From a virus (Duplodnaviria > Caudoviricetes): a stretch of DNA of 64,000 nt. The translations under genes and the position numbers were made by a program. The stretch lies in the IMG/VR virus record IMGVR_UViG_3300011008_000045, positions 1 through 64,000 of that record. The stretch is one strand, 5' to 3'. The notes beneath the pieces are model-generated. The model had not been told where the DNA came from, searched no databases, and saw only the letters and a list, made by a program, of their open reading frames with translations. Positions 31,609-42,969 of the stretch are shown piece after piece. Each line of letters starts with the position of its first letter. The first letter of the stretch is position 1.

Positions 31609-32385
31609 ATGGCTATAGAAATGACCTTTAATAAGTATATGGATAATCCTTCCGGAGGAACTTCAACTTTTACTAATAGAGCTATGTATCGAAAGATGTA
31701 TCAAGAGAAATTTGATAATTTATTAGTAAGAGAGCAAGGAAGAATATTATATAAAATTTATCGAACAAATAATGCTACAGATTCATATTTTATCCATTTT
31801 AAGATTCCTAGTGAAAATTTAGCTAATTTATATTATGATACAGTAATAGAATTATGGACTAAAGATAATCTCCAGAAATCAGCAGCTAATCTTAGGATGT
31901 ATAATATTAAAGTATATTCTAACGATCAAGCATTCATATTCTCATTTGCTTATGCATTTAATAAAAATGGTTTATTTATTAAAGAGCTTAAAGAGAAGAT
32001 GAATAAAACTGCTCTTACTACAAAAGCGGATGCTAGAAATCCTAAAGCGGATATATGGTATGTGAAATCTTTATGTTTTGCTTATTATACTATGGAACGA
32101 TATAATTTATTTAGTAGACCCATGTTAAATCAGAATGCTATTAAATATAATCATTCCGAATTTCTTAAAGCAGTCATGTTTTCAGATGATAAAATAGCAG
32201 AACATAATAAGTTATCTAATGAACTTAAAATAGAAAAGGCTAAAATAAAACACGAAAAAATGCAACAACAGAATGCTTTAACTCATCAGAAATTTAATGT
32301 TACATCTCCGAAAACTTCTAGTAGAGTATCATATACTAATACTACAAAAAAGTCTTCTAGAGTTAAATACACTAAACCGGTTTAA
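31609..32385 (+). CDS. Hypothetical protein
   Basis: gaggtg RBS; between chaperonin and sigma-like gene. Confidence 0.75.
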   Translation: MAIEMTFNKYMDNPSGGTSTFTNRAMYRKMYQEKFDNLLVREQGRILYKIYRTNNATDSYFIHFKIPSENLANLYYDTVIELWTKDNLQKSAANLRMYNIKVYSNDQAFIFSFAYAFNKNGLFIKELKEKMNKTALTTKADARNPKADIWYVKSLCFAYYTMERYNLFSRPMLNQNAIKYNHSEFLKAVMFSDDKIAEHNKLSNELKIEKAKIKHEKMQQQNALTHQKFNVTSPKTSSRVSYTNTTKKSSRVKYTKPV

Positions 32386-32449
32386 TATTAAAAATTATAT
32401 TGATTATATATTATATAAATAATATAACTATAGGAGGAATTCTTAAACT

Positions 32450-33252
32450 ATGAATAAACTAATGTATACTCTAGTAGATAAAAATAGAAAAATAATTCCT
32501 GTAGATCGATATGATACTCCAGAGTATCCTATAATGGATGAAAGGGACAGATTATTTAAGCATAGTAAGGGAGAAATTATTCTTCCAGTGCATGAATTGT
32601 TTAGTAATCCTGGAACGACTATGGATGAAAAGCAAGCTCAACAATTAGATTATTTTGTTCTTGGTAATAAAAGATCATATAATAGTGATGAGAACCGAGA
32701 GCATATGTGTAGATATTTAAATTATTTTGAGAAGTTTTATGATACAGATCATGAACTTCTAATGATCATGTATAAGATTAAAATAGCTATAGATTATATT
32801 AAATCTTATAGTGAAGATAATTTTATAAATGATATCAATATGTATATTATAAGAAACTTCGAACTTACTAGAAAAGTAACTAGATTTGTAGAAGATAATT
32901 ATAATATGAAATTGTCTAACAATAATAACAAAACTCCGCATTTACAATATTGTGATAGACATGCTAAAATTTTATATGAAATAAGTTTATTGATGAATAT
33001 GTATATTCCTTTAGTATCGCATTTTATGTATATTCATATGATTAAAACTAAACCCGAGATAGAGAGACTTCTATTACGAGTATTTGATCTCTGTATAGTA
33101 AAATATGAAGTCGAACGAGGAATATATATTTATGAGAAACTTTATGAAACAGCATTATCTGTAACAAATAAATCCATAAGTGTAGATAAAATTATCTGGG
33201 CAAAGAATCTTATCAGAGCAAATAATCCTACGACGCATGTTAGAGAAAGTGT
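32450..33252 (+). CDS. Probable nvRNAP promoter-specificity (sigma-like, AR9 gp226/phiKZ gp68-type) subunit, exon 1
   Basis: Spliced product 530 aa; early promoter; two genes from the chaperonin, like AR9 gp228/gp226; function inferred. Confidence 0.5.
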
Positions 33253-33539
33253 TAAATATTAGCACTATAATTATAGTAATATAATTATGATAAATTCTAT
33301 AAATTGCTGGAAAGGATATATTTATAATATTACCATATATAATATGGTTTAATAAATATATATTATAATATAAATTTAAATAAATTAAATTCCTATCAGC
33401 ATCAAGTTATAATACTTGTTCAACGACTATAGATAGAATATCCTCATAGGGATAATGATATAGTCTTGTCATCTAGTTATAATACTAGAGAAGTTCATAA
33501 GAGAACTGCTATATATAATAATATATAGTGAAAATCACG
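33253..33539 (+). mobile_element. ORF-less group I intron (287 nt)
   Basis: P1 agtgU/Gcact; terminal G; core elements aaattgctgga, tcagca, gttcaacgacta, gatatagtct; removal joins gt|t att gat in frame with ORF 33712. Confidence 0.9.
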
Positions 33540-34329
33540 TATTGATATAATACTCCAGATAATAATAAAATATACTTATGAGAAAAATATAATAAATTTC
33601 AATTATTATTCTAATAGAAAAGCATTAAAATATAAAGTTAGCGATCTTCAATATGAATATAGCTTCTCTAGATTATCTAATAGTATTAGAGATACTGAGA
33701 ATAATAGTGCTATGGATAAATTTGAAAGTAAACTTAATAAGAAAGATGAAGCTATAGCTATGCAAAATAAAGTTGCTGCTGAAGATGCTGTTAGACGTAT
33801 AGTAGAAATTTATGGTCCGATAGATGATGATGAGGTTAAATTTTATAGAAAGCGTTTATTAGTAGATGGAGCTCCATTAATAAATTCTTTACAATTTCAG
33901 CTTATCGGTTATCAATTCTATAGATATTTCGAGTGTCCTCAGACATTTATTAGTATAAGAAATACTACAGATTATATTAAACTTATAATATGTGCAAAGA
34001 GAATACTTAAGCAGTCGGGTATGGTATTATTACCTTATATCATGTCGTCTAAAGTTATTCGTGTAGCAGCTAGAAAAATTATAAGTAAGAAAGATGCTAC
34101 AAGATTTGAAAGAACTCAATTATATGAAGACTTAAAGTTTAAGTATAATAATGATGAGCATGTGTTACAAAAAGTATGGGAACTAATAAGCTCAGTAATA
34201 TCATCATCATTTGAAATCATTGATTATGATCCCGAAACCAAGAAAGGTACACAGTATGATGGTCAGCTAGTACCAATGATCAATGATTTAATATCAGAAG
34301 AGATGCTATTTTTCATCACTTCCATCTAA
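33540..34329 (+). CDS. Probable sigma-like nvRNAP subunit, exon 2
   Basis: Open frame from 33541 (IDIILQII...) continuous with ORF 33712-34329. Confidence 0.55.
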
Positions 34330-34351
34330 TCCATAGGCGGTGAGATAATAA

Positions 34352-34603
34352 ATGGATAAAAATGATGAAGATATCTATTCTAATTTAATTAGAATGCAGA
34401 TGGTCAATCTTCGTAAATCTAAAGGATTAACTCAAAAGCAACTTAGTAAGAAATCTGGTTTATCTACAAAATCAATATCTAATATAGAATCAGAAGACGG
34501 AGCTTCTCCAACATTAAGAAGTATTATTAAATACTTACATACTTTAGATAGTGATTTATATATTAGAGAAAATTCAAATAATAATCAGATAACAATAGAG
34601 TAA
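34352..34603 (+). CDS. XRE-family HTH regulator
   Basis: LRKSKGLTQKQLSKKSGLS...ISNIES...PTL. Confidence 0.9.
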   Translation: MDKNDEDIYSNLIRMQMVNLRKSKGLTQKQLSKKSGLSTKSISNIESEDGASPTLRSIIKYLHTLDSDLYIRENSNNNQITIE

Positions 34604-34671
34604 GATCCAAGAGACATTGAGTATTTCCAATTGCGATCCACAAATATTAAAAATTCCTATTGATACAACTG

Positions 34672-34706
34672 TTACACCCATAGGCTAAATATGCCTATGG
34701 GTGTAA
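34672..34706 (+). terminator. Hairpin terminator
   Basis: ttacacccataggc/gcctatgggtgtaa inverted repeat. Confidence 0.6.
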
Positions 34707-34729
34707 AATTATAAAGAAGGTGATATTAA

Positions 34730-35767
34730 ATGCAGAGAGAAGAATTTATATCTACTCTGAAAGCATTTATTCCGGATATTAAAACGGCTTCTGGTAGAAC
34801 AGAGATGGTAACAAGATGTAGATTTTGTGGAGATTCTAAGAATCCTAAACATGCTCATTTATATATTAAAGTTCCGCAAAGTGATGATGATATATCGTTA
34901 TATGAGTGTAAAAAATGTAAAGCTTCAGGAATAGTTAATGATAAATTTTTAAGGACTTATGGATGTAATGATCCTAATGTGTTAATAGAGATGGCTCAAC
35001 ATATTAATCGTTATATGAAGAGCCCTAAGTTTGTATCATTAAGACTAGAAAGACATTTTGATATTTATAATAATTATATATCGGATATTAAATTAGCAGA
35101 GGATAAATTAAATTATATTAATACAAGATTAGAATGTAATATCAATATTACACAAGCCCATGCTCTAAAAATATTTTTTAATTTAAATGATATTCTTAAA
35201 ACTAATAATTTTAAACCCACAAGAGATTATGGAGTGATTAGAGATTTATCTAATCATTTCTTAGGATTTATATCACATGATAATACCATGTGTATATTAA
35301 GAAAATATGATAATATTATAGTTCAAGATAAAGTTAATAAAAGATATATAAATTATCGATTTTCTAGTACATTAGAAGATACTAAAACTTATTATGTGAT
35401 TCCCACAACTATAATATCTAGTGATATTAATCCGGTGAAGATTCATATCACCGAGGGTGTTTTTGATATATTAAGTATATATATTAATTTAAACAATATG
35501 AATAATATAAATAATATTTATATGGCTGCTGCTGGGAAATCTTATTATCAAGCATTACAATATATTTTAGAATATAGTGGATTAATAAATTATGAAATAC
35601 ACTTATATCCTGATAATGATGTAGATGATAGCGAGTTTGAATGGCTTACTGTTAGACATCTTCGATATCTACCAACAGAAATTTTTATTCATCGTAACAT
35701 GTTTTCTAATATGAAAGATTATGGCGTTCCATATAAATATATTAAAGATTTTATAAGAAAGGCGTGA
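34730..35767 (+). CDS. DNA primase (Zn finger plus TOPRIM)
   Basis: RCRFCGDS...CKKC; ITEGVFD; YPDND; KDYG. Confidence 0.85.
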   Translation: MQREEFISTLKAFIPDIKTASGRTEMVTRCRFCGDSKNPKHAHLYIKVPQSDDDISLYECKKCKASGIVNDKFLRTYGCNDPNVLIEMAQHINRYMKSPKFVSLRLERHFDIYNNYISDIKLAEDKLNYINTRLECNINITQAHALKIFFNLNDILKTNNFKPTRDYGVIRDLSNHFLGFISHDNTMCILRKYDNIIVQDKVNKRYINYRFSSTLEDTKTYYVIPTTIISSDINPVKIHITEGVFDILSIYINLNNMNNINNIYMAAAGKSYYQALQYILEYSGLINYEIHLYPDNDVDDSEFEWLTVRHLRYLPTEIFIHRNMFSNMKDYGVPYKYIKDFIRKA

Positions 35768-36225
35768 ATAGCATGCATGCTAAACAATTTAAATACGGTT
35801 ATACCGAAGATGGAAGTAAACTAAGAGAATGTCCTACGATATTGAGACATTATTTAATTAATAATTGCCAAGTAAATGAAGATATTAATTATAATGATGT
35901 AGTTGCTAAAGCTTTATCATATAATAATATCGATATTAATGATCTAAAAAATTATAGCACCAAGAAAATAAAACGTATGATTGTTAATCATATACGTCAT
36001 CAAGAAACTCCGTATAATGATAACTTAAAAATATTAAATGATGTTACACCGAAAAGTTATGATGATTATACATATAAACAAATTAAAAATGTAACCCTTT
36101 ATAATATCAAGAAACAATTTCCATGGCTAGCCGATGCTTGTGAAGAACAGCATTATCCATTACCGATGATTAAAGATTTAAGAAAGAAAAATAATAAGAA
36201 GAAGAAATCAAAAACTAAATCATAG
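35764..36225 (+). CDS. Hypothetical protein
   Basis: Overlaps primase stop; NHIRHQETPY motif. Confidence 0.65.
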   Translation: MNSMHAKQFKYGYTEDGSKLRECPTILRHYLINNCQVNEDINYNDVVAKALSYNNIDINDLKNYSTKKIKRMIVNHIRHQETPYNDNLKILNDVTPKSYDDYTYKQIKNVTLYNIKKQFPWLADACEEQHYPLPMIKDLRKKNNKKKKSKTKS

Positions 36226-36333
36226 TTCTTATAGGAGATGGCTAGACGTCCATCTCTTATAAGTTTTGTATTTTTGGCTTACCTGAAACATTGAATTAAT
36301 TTATTGCTTTATAATGAAGGGAGGTTAAATAAT

Positions 36334-37683
36334 TTGGCAGGTAAATTTTTAAATACTATTACTGGTTATAATCAAATGGTTACTCAGGCTGTAGATACTA
36401 TGAAGAGTAGAATGGATAATCCTTATTATCTATTTACCGATAAAAAGGCTTTACAATGTACATATTATAATATTAATACTACGATGACTACATTAGATGA
36501 AGCTACCAGAGGAAACTATTCAGAAATATCTCCTCAGAGTCCAATAAGATATAATAAGATTAAAAACTTTCTTATTTATGGAATGAATAAAATAGAACCA
36601 GGATTCGAAATTGGTGAATTTGGATTAGAGAGTAATGATATAAGTGGAGATATATTCATTCTACCAAGAACTATAATACCTTACCCAGATGATTATTTTT
36701 TTCTCTCAAGTTTAGGAAAAGATTATCTTTTTAAAGTTACTGGAGTTAATCCTAACACTCTTGATACTGGAGCTACATTATTTAGATTAAATTATACTTT
36801 AATATCATCCGATGGGTTAAAAAATATAGAGCCACAAGTAGTTAAGACTTATGTTTTTAATTTTTCTAGTGGCGGGTTAGGTAGTGATAATGGTTCTAAC
36901 ATGTCTACATCTATAATAGATGAAGATGCTTATAATAATGCTAGTGATTTAGAAGATCTTGTAACCGATCTTAAAGATTATTTTATATCTTTATTCTATG
37001 ATGCTAGAGTACAGAACTTTACATACTTTAGTGATCCTCATAGTGAGAGCTGGTATCAGAGTATGGGTAAACCAAAACCATTACATATCGGTTTAATGCA
37101 AGATATGAGTAATAAACCATTTGGTATTAGAATATATGATCCTTATCTAATAGAATTTATAATTAGAAATAAAATATTAGATGGTTCTAGCAACTATACA
37201 TATGTGGATCAAGCAATGTATTTACCTCAGTCATTTGCTTTAGACTATGATAAGACTATATTCTCATCTATAGAAGAATGTGATATAGAAAAACACTACG
37301 GTTATTCCGTAGGGAATCTTTTATTATGTGATCAAAGATTAAGTTTATTATATGCATTTCCAGAGAATTATTATTATATGACTTATGGTAATCTTAATGC
37401 TAGATTATATTATATATCTATATTTGATGATCCAGAATTTACTACTACGATAAAAAATAATACCGAAGTAGATAACCCGTTTAAAAATATAATAGTCAAA
37501 TATTTTAACAGCTCTAGTATAACATCTGATGATATAGATAAAATAAAACATGTAGATTTTTTAATAAATAGAGAGTTTTATTATGAGATTCCTATAACGA
37601 TATTTATACTAGAAAAACATATGGCTAGTATATTACAAGATTCTACTCTAGAAGTGGATGATAATACCAATATAACCCCATAA
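36334..37683 (+). CDS. Putative virion structural protein
   Basis: gggagg RBS before TTG 36334 (ORF track start 36304); late motif at 36288. Confidence 0.6.
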   Translation: MAGKFLNTITGYNQMVTQAVDTMKSRMDNPYYLFTDKKALQCTYYNINTTMTTLDEATRGNYSEISPQSPIRYNKIKNFLIYGMNKIEPGFEIGEFGLESNDISGDIFILPRTIIPYPDDYFFLSSLGKDYLFKVTGVNPNTLDTGATLFRLNYTLISSDGLKNIEPQVVKTYVFNFSSGGLGSDNGSNMSTSIIDEDAYNNASDLEDLVTDLKDYFISLFYDARVQNFTYFSDPHSESWYQSMGKPKPLHIGLMQDMSNKPFGIRIYDPYLIEFIIRNKILDGSSNYTYVDQAMYLPQSFALDYDKTIFSSIEECDIEKHYGYSVGNLLLCDQRLSLLYAFPENYYYMTYGNLNARLYYISIFDDPEFTTTIKNNTEVDNPFKNIIVKYFNSSSITSDDIDKIKHVDFLINREFYYEIPITIFILEKHMASILQDSTLEVDDNTNITP

Positions 37684-37688
37684 AAGGA

Positions 37689-37877
37689 GTGATCTATTTA
37701 ATGAGACGATCTGAAGTAGAAAATATACTATTAGATGAATTGGTTATCGAAGATCATTTCGATCTGATAACAGATCATATAAGTGAAGATACAATATTTA
37801 AAGATGAAAATCAAATGGAATCTATATTTGAAGATACTGAAATAGAGCAATATATAGAAGACGACAGTCTCTTCTAG
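37689..37877 (+). CDS. Small acidic protein
   Basis: aaggag RBS; in operon. Confidence 0.55.
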   Translation: MIYLMRRSEVENILLDELVIEDHFDLITDHISEDTIFKDENQMESIFEDTEIEQYIEDDSLF

Positions 37878-37892
37878 GAGGTGTAATTATAA

Positions 37893-38453
37893 TTGGAATA
37901 TGATAAACTTATGGATTCGATAGTGAATGAAATGGCTGATGATAGTATTGTAGATGCGGCATTATCAGATGCATTACAGAATTCTGATAATGATATTAGC
38001 GATCCATCTACAGTATTAATGTCATCTAATGAAAATGATGATGTTCCTAACGAATTCGATTATAATCCTGAAATAGTAACACATGATGACATCGAAATAG
38101 TTGCTAATAATATAGCAGATATTCCTGAAGATGTAGAAATACCGGAATATGATGATGTGGATATAGCTATGGCTAGTGATACTCAAGAAGATAGTTATGT
38201 TATAGATGATAATGATTTTGATGAAGACCCTGATGGAATAGAAGTATTTTATAATTCGGATTTTAAGAGAGATGAAGACTTTGAAGAATCTTTTATAAAT
38301 AAATATACTCCGAAATGGGTTAATGCTATAGAGGAGTCTATAAGACGTGCTGATGAACTTGTAGAATCTATACGAGAAGCTAGAATACATATGATAGCAA
38401 AGTCTAATAATATAGAAGATTTATTAGCTCTTGATCGTGTAGGTATAATTTAA
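37893..38453 (+). CDS. Acidic hypothetical protein
   Basis: aggagg RBS; D/E-rich. Confidence 0.65.
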   Translation: MEYDKLMDSIVNEMADDSIVDAALSDALQNSDNDISDPSTVLMSSNENDDVPNEFDYNPEIVTHDDIEIVANNIADIPEDVEIPEYDDVDIAMASDTQEDSYVIDDNDFDEDPDGIEVFYNSDFKRDEDFEESFINKYTPKWVNAIEESIRRADELVESIREARIHMIAKSNNIEDLLALDRVGII

Positions 38454-38456
38454 GAG

Positions 38457-39965
38457 GTGAGAAGCGTTATGTCACAATTGATTACTCCAGAAATAATGCA
38501 AGAATCTAAAAAATTAGCTTACTATGAAGATCCTAGATATATTAGTGATCCATTCTTCTTAGAAGCTGAAATGCTTAATCATGAAGTTGAATTTATGGCT
38601 GAAAATATTGCAGAGCAATTATTAAATGAAGTTGATATGAATACAGTAAAAAATGCAGCATCTAATGTCGGTAATGCTGTTAGTAATACAGTTTCTGCTG
38701 GTGTAAATAAAGCCAAAGATACTATTAGTAATGTAGCTAATAATCAAAATGTACAGAATGCTGTTAATACTGTAAAACAAACCGCTACCACTATAGGTTC
38801 TAATTTAAAAGCAACTATACAGGCTATTATAAAATGGTGTGTAGAAAAACTTACAAATTTTAGAAAACTATTTATGGCAGCTATGAGTAATATTAATAAA
38901 CGTATAGAAACTAATATTAATAAAATAAATCCTAACAGTACAGGATTTAATAATACAGTTTCATGGTACAATGATTACAACAATATCAAAGGTACTATAG
39001 ATAAACTTATAGAAATTTCTAATAATATAGCCGGATTTGATATTAGTAGTATAGCAACTGATACATCTGCTGCTAATAATATAACTAATTTATTTGGTGA
39101 ATTCGAGACTATAAAAAATAATCTTAAAAATATATTATCTACTAAAGCTATCATAGCAAATCAAGCTAATGAGATTAATAGTTTAGAATCATTAAAATCA
39201 ACATCTCAAGATATATTTAATAGTATTACTAATATTAATAAAGCCGTAGAAGCTGTGAATGGGACATTAAGCAAAGCAACTAATATGTCACTTAATGATA
39301 ATTCAAATAATATTAAACAACCAATAAAACAGTTTTGTAATATGACTTTATCATTAGTTAATACATTAAAGATTATTAGTATTAATCTTCAGAAAACTTT
39401 ATTAAAAACTATTATGGTTATTAATGGAGAAGCAACTAATAATACTAACAATCAGCAACAAAATCCTGATAATACTCAAGCACAGCCTAATGATGTTAAT
39501 AATCAACCAGTACAACAACAGCAAAATAATAATCAAAATGCTGTAGCTAATGAATGTGCTATATTATTAGAATATGTAAATTGTTTTGAATATGCTATGA
39601 ATAAAGTTCTTCTCGAAGCTGGTGAAGAACATCTTGGTCCATCTGTAACTAAAGTAGAAGAAGAATCAAAAACTGGCAAAGGAACTGATATGGGTGCTAG
39701 TAATGCTGTTACAAATGTAAGCTGTAATGCTACATATGAGCAAGCATTAAATAAATTATTCTATGGCATAAACGAAGGTAATGATGATTATGGTAAAGAA
39801 TTTGAAAAGATGATGAAAGATTCTTCTAAATCTCTCGGAGGCAGCAGCTCGTCATCATCCTCATCAAATAATAATTTAACTAAAGATTTAGATAAAGCTA
39901 TGAGTAAACTCGAAGTAGCCGATTCCTCGGAAAATGGTAGTACAAATAATTCTTATTTAAAATAA
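38457..39965 (+). CDS. Hypothetical virion-like protein with N/Q-rich segments
   Basis: 502 aa; repeated (L/F)LE-A / LNE sites could be prohead-protease cleavage sites (inference). Confidence 0.6.
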   Translation: MRSVMSQLITPEIMQESKKLAYYEDPRYISDPFFLEAEMLNHEVEFMAENIAEQLLNEVDMNTVKNAASNVGNAVSNTVSAGVNKAKDTISNVANNQNVQNAVNTVKQTATTIGSNLKATIQAIIKWCVEKLTNFRKLFMAAMSNINKRIETNINKINPNSTGFNNTVSWYNDYNNIKGTIDKLIEISNNIAGFDISSIATDTSAANNITNLFGEFETIKNNLKNILSTKAIIANQANEINSLESLKSTSQDIFNSITNINKAVEAVNGTLSKATNMSLNDNSNNIKQPIKQFCNMTLSLVNTLKIISINLQKTLLKTIMVINGEATNNTNNQQQNPDNTQAQPNDVNNQPVQQQQNNNQNAVANECAILLEYVNCFEYAMNKVLLEAGEEHLGPSVTKVEEESKTGKGTDMGASNAVTNVSCNATYEQALNKLFYGINEGNDDYGKEFEKMMKDSSKSLGGSSSSSSSSNNNLTKDLDKAMSKLEVADSSENGSTNNSYLK

Positions 39966-39983
39966 TAATGGAGATGAAATATT

Positions 39984-40535
39984 ATGGAACAGAAAAGAGT
40001 TAATATTTACCCCAGAGGTGCAATTACTACATTAATACCACCAATTAGAATGCCTATACATAAAGTTACTAAAAAAATTAAAGATATTAGATTAGCATTA
40101 CTTGCTGGTGCTAGAGTAGAAGAGATTTTACCGGATGGGAGAACAATATCACTAAATATTAATAATTATGATAAAGATAATATGGTTAATGTAAATCCTA
40201 AGAAAGTTGAAAAAGTCGTTGTAGAAGCCGCTCCAGCAGAGTTACCTAAGCAAACTATAAGCGAAGTTAAAGAAGAGCCTTCTAGCGATGAAAAGGTCGA
40301 AAAAATTGAACCGAAATCGGTACAATCAGAAGTAGTAGAATCTAAACCTGAAGTGACTGAAGTTAAACAGGAAACTGTTGAAGAACCGAAGCCAGAATAT
40401 ATGACAAGAAAACAGCGTAGAGCATTTGAAGCTGAACAGAGAAGAAAAGAGCAGGAAGCTGCTGCTAATAAGGTAGAAGAAGATAAGAAAGAAGAAACTG
40501 TAGAAGTTAAAAATCCTGAAGAAGGTAATGTATAA
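39984..40535 (+). CDS. Hypothetical protein with E/K-rich tail
   Basis: ggag RBS; 183 aa. Confidence 0.7.
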   Translation: MEQKRVNIYPRGAITTLIPPIRMPIHKVTKKIKDIRLALLAGARVEEILPDGRTISLNINNYDKDNMVNVNPKKVEKVVVEAAPAELPKQTISEVKEEPSSDEKVEKIEPKSVQSEVVESKPEVTEVKQETVEEPKPEYMTRKQRRAFEAEQRRKEQEAAANKVEEDKKEETVEVKNPEEGNV

Positions 40536-40625
40536 TTTCATTTTTTAAATTGTATATTATATATATGTAATAGAGATAAGTGTAAGCTTATCTCTATTCT
40601 TATTACAGAAGGGAGGTGCTTAATA

Positions 40626-40739
40626 ATGGAGGATACCTGCGTCATGATTATCGGCGAGAGCGATGACGAGCTTTGGTCGGAAGATGATATAGCCGAATAT
40701 GATTTCGGCGATGGCGAGATTTTAAGAGTTTTTGGTTAA
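40626..40739 (+). CDS. Small acidic early protein (37 aa, not in ORF track)
   Basis: Promoter 40548, gggaggtg RBS, MEDTCVMIIGESDDELWSEDDIAEYDFGDGEILRVFG*. Confidence 0.6.
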   Translation: MEDTCVMIIGESDDELWSEDDIAEYDFGDGEILRVFG

Positions 40740-40852
40740 ACGTTAAACATTCATTATTAAGTTAGAAATCAAACACATCAAGAAAATCATTAGAACAAGA
40801 ATGAATTAGAAATAATGATTTTAAATGATCTCCCTTTTATTTTTTTATAATA

Positions 40853-40887
40853 TAATAACCGATAGTCGATTTGACTATCGGTTATTA
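40853..40887. terminator. Bidirectional terminator
   Basis: taataaccgatagtc/gactatcggttatta inverted repeat. Confidence 0.7.
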
Positions 40888-40903
40888 ATATATATTTTTA
40901 TTT

Positions 40904-41327
40904 TTATTCAAACTCTATATTCTTTGTAATTTTATCTACATCATCAGGTAATATCAATGTTAAATTATACATTGATTGAATTGCTTCTTTTTCAGGGATT
41001 CTACAATTACTAGCTTCAAGGTTAATAAATTGAGCTTTAGAATCTAAATATTTTAATAACTCTGCATTAGCTTCATCGCTAAATAGCATTTTAACTGATG
41101 CTGTATCGCCGTCATAATCAGCTCCAGCAGCTTTACAAAATACATTAGAGAAACTTAAAGTATCTACAAATTTATTAGATGTGTTTCCTCCGATGTCTTT
41201 TTGTTCAAAGCACGGATACCATTTATAGAATTTACCATCTATTACCATAGGCATAGTTTTCTTAGTACTTGCTATATTTATCTTTAAATATATATGATTA
41301 AAATATGAATCGATCGGATAACGAGTG
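40904..41327 (-). CDS. Multisubunit RNA polymerase beta' N-terminal subunit, exon 2 (catalytic motif)
   Basis: GADYDGD (NADFDGD equivalent); TRYP. Confidence 0.9.
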
Positions 41328-41614
41328 CATAAATGCAAAGTAAAATAAAGAATTATAATTTACTTTAAGTAGACTATATCATAATCTTATAGTACAAGAT
41401 TGCTTTCATTTCAGAATATTTATAAATATTCTTACTCCATTAAGGATAGTCGTTGAACGTTTTTATTCGCTGCTGATCATATTTTAATAAATTTAAATTT
41501 CTATTTATAATAATATTATTAAACCTTATTAAGGAATTATTATATAATAAATATTTCCAGCAATTAGAAAGCTTTTTACATATTATATTACTATAATAAG
41601 ATAACCACTAGTTG
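41328..41614 (-). mobile_element. ORF-less group I intron in RNAP beta' gene (287 nt)
   Basis: P1 ataaU/Gttat, P10 agtg/cact, terminal G, core elements aattgctgga, atcagcagcg, gttcaacgacta, gatatagtct; removal gives VAI-I-TRYP in frame, 592 aa. Confidence 0.9.
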
Positions 41615-42969
41615 ATTATAGCAACCCGATCTTTAGTTGCTTCAGATGCGCATATATAAAATAAATCTAACCAAGTAAAATCTCGTTCTATTAATCTTGT
41701 AGTATCTTCATGCTTACCAGCCAAATATTCTTGCTCGGTTATATTATAACCTTTAAATTTTAATGGTACTTTTTCGCCATTTTCAAATGTGATCTCTATA
41801 GGTTTAAAACGTTTACTATAACCTTTAATATATTCATTTAATTCTTTATCAAATCTATCATTAGAAAATTCTACTTGTGTGTTACCAAGTCGTTTAATTT
41901 CTTCTTGTTTTGTTTCAGAATTATAATATTTAAACATTCCGCCTGGAGTAAACTGATTTTCAAACCAACGATTCAAATAAAAACACATGAATGGATATGA
42001 TATTGTTACTGCGGCTGCTAATGGTATAGATGCATGATCCATATCACACATCATATCTTCTCTAGATTCTACATTAATAACTGGTGCTGATAAGACTAAT
42101 CGAGAAGCATAATCTGTAGTCTTTGCCATAACGGCTCTACGCATAATTCCAAATTTCTTAAAAATGCCAGAACCCGCATGAATCTCTCCAGTAGCAGTTT
42201 CTCCTAGAGTGAACCAATTATGAATATGTAATAACGTATCTTGAATTTTTCCACGAGATGCTCCGAGCATATCTAATCCTAACAAGCGAGTATCTATTAG
42301 TGCTTTAACAGCATTTATAAGATATACATAAAGTTTATTTATTTCGCCTAAACCGACTCTGCCAGCTCTTTGTGTATTTACATCTCTATAATATGGTGGT
42401 ATTACTATAAGTTTATCAGTAAATAAGGTGCCTTTGGCTTTGCCATGAAATAAAGCATTAAGATGATCTGTACGTTTAGTATTTTTAAATTTTAATTTAC
42501 TTTGATTCTTAATTAAGAATTGTAATCCGGTTTCTCCGTTAGGATCGGGCTTTAAATATCCATCATTGTCTATTATAAATTTTTCTGTCTCATAAACACA
42601 TGATCTTAAATATCTATCTAATCCTAACCAGATATTATAAAAGAATGGGCTTATAAATTGTTCGTTTAAATCTATATAACCATATATACTAGCACGCTCT
42701 TCTTGTGTGATACCAAATATAGTTTCAGATAATAAACCATCTTCTGTTGGTTTATTACCACGAGAAAATGTAATAGAATTAGTAATTTCTTTAGTAGACG
42801 GATTTTTCTCTATAAACTTATTAGCATCTATAACGTCTATCATTAGAGTTCTAGAATTTTTAAAATATGGATCACTGGCTTCTAATATAGTTTTAGCAGC
42901 TGTTTCAGTACAATACATTTCATCTAACAACCATAATAAATGATCCTGATCTAATGGAAAATCTATCAT
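41615..42969 (-). CDS. Multisubunit RNA polymerase beta' N-terminal subunit (likely virion RNAP), exon 1
   Basis: GLLSETIFG, GYIDL, VIPPYYRD, KFGIMRRAVMAKTTDYASRLVLS; late promoter motif upstream. Confidence 0.88.
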
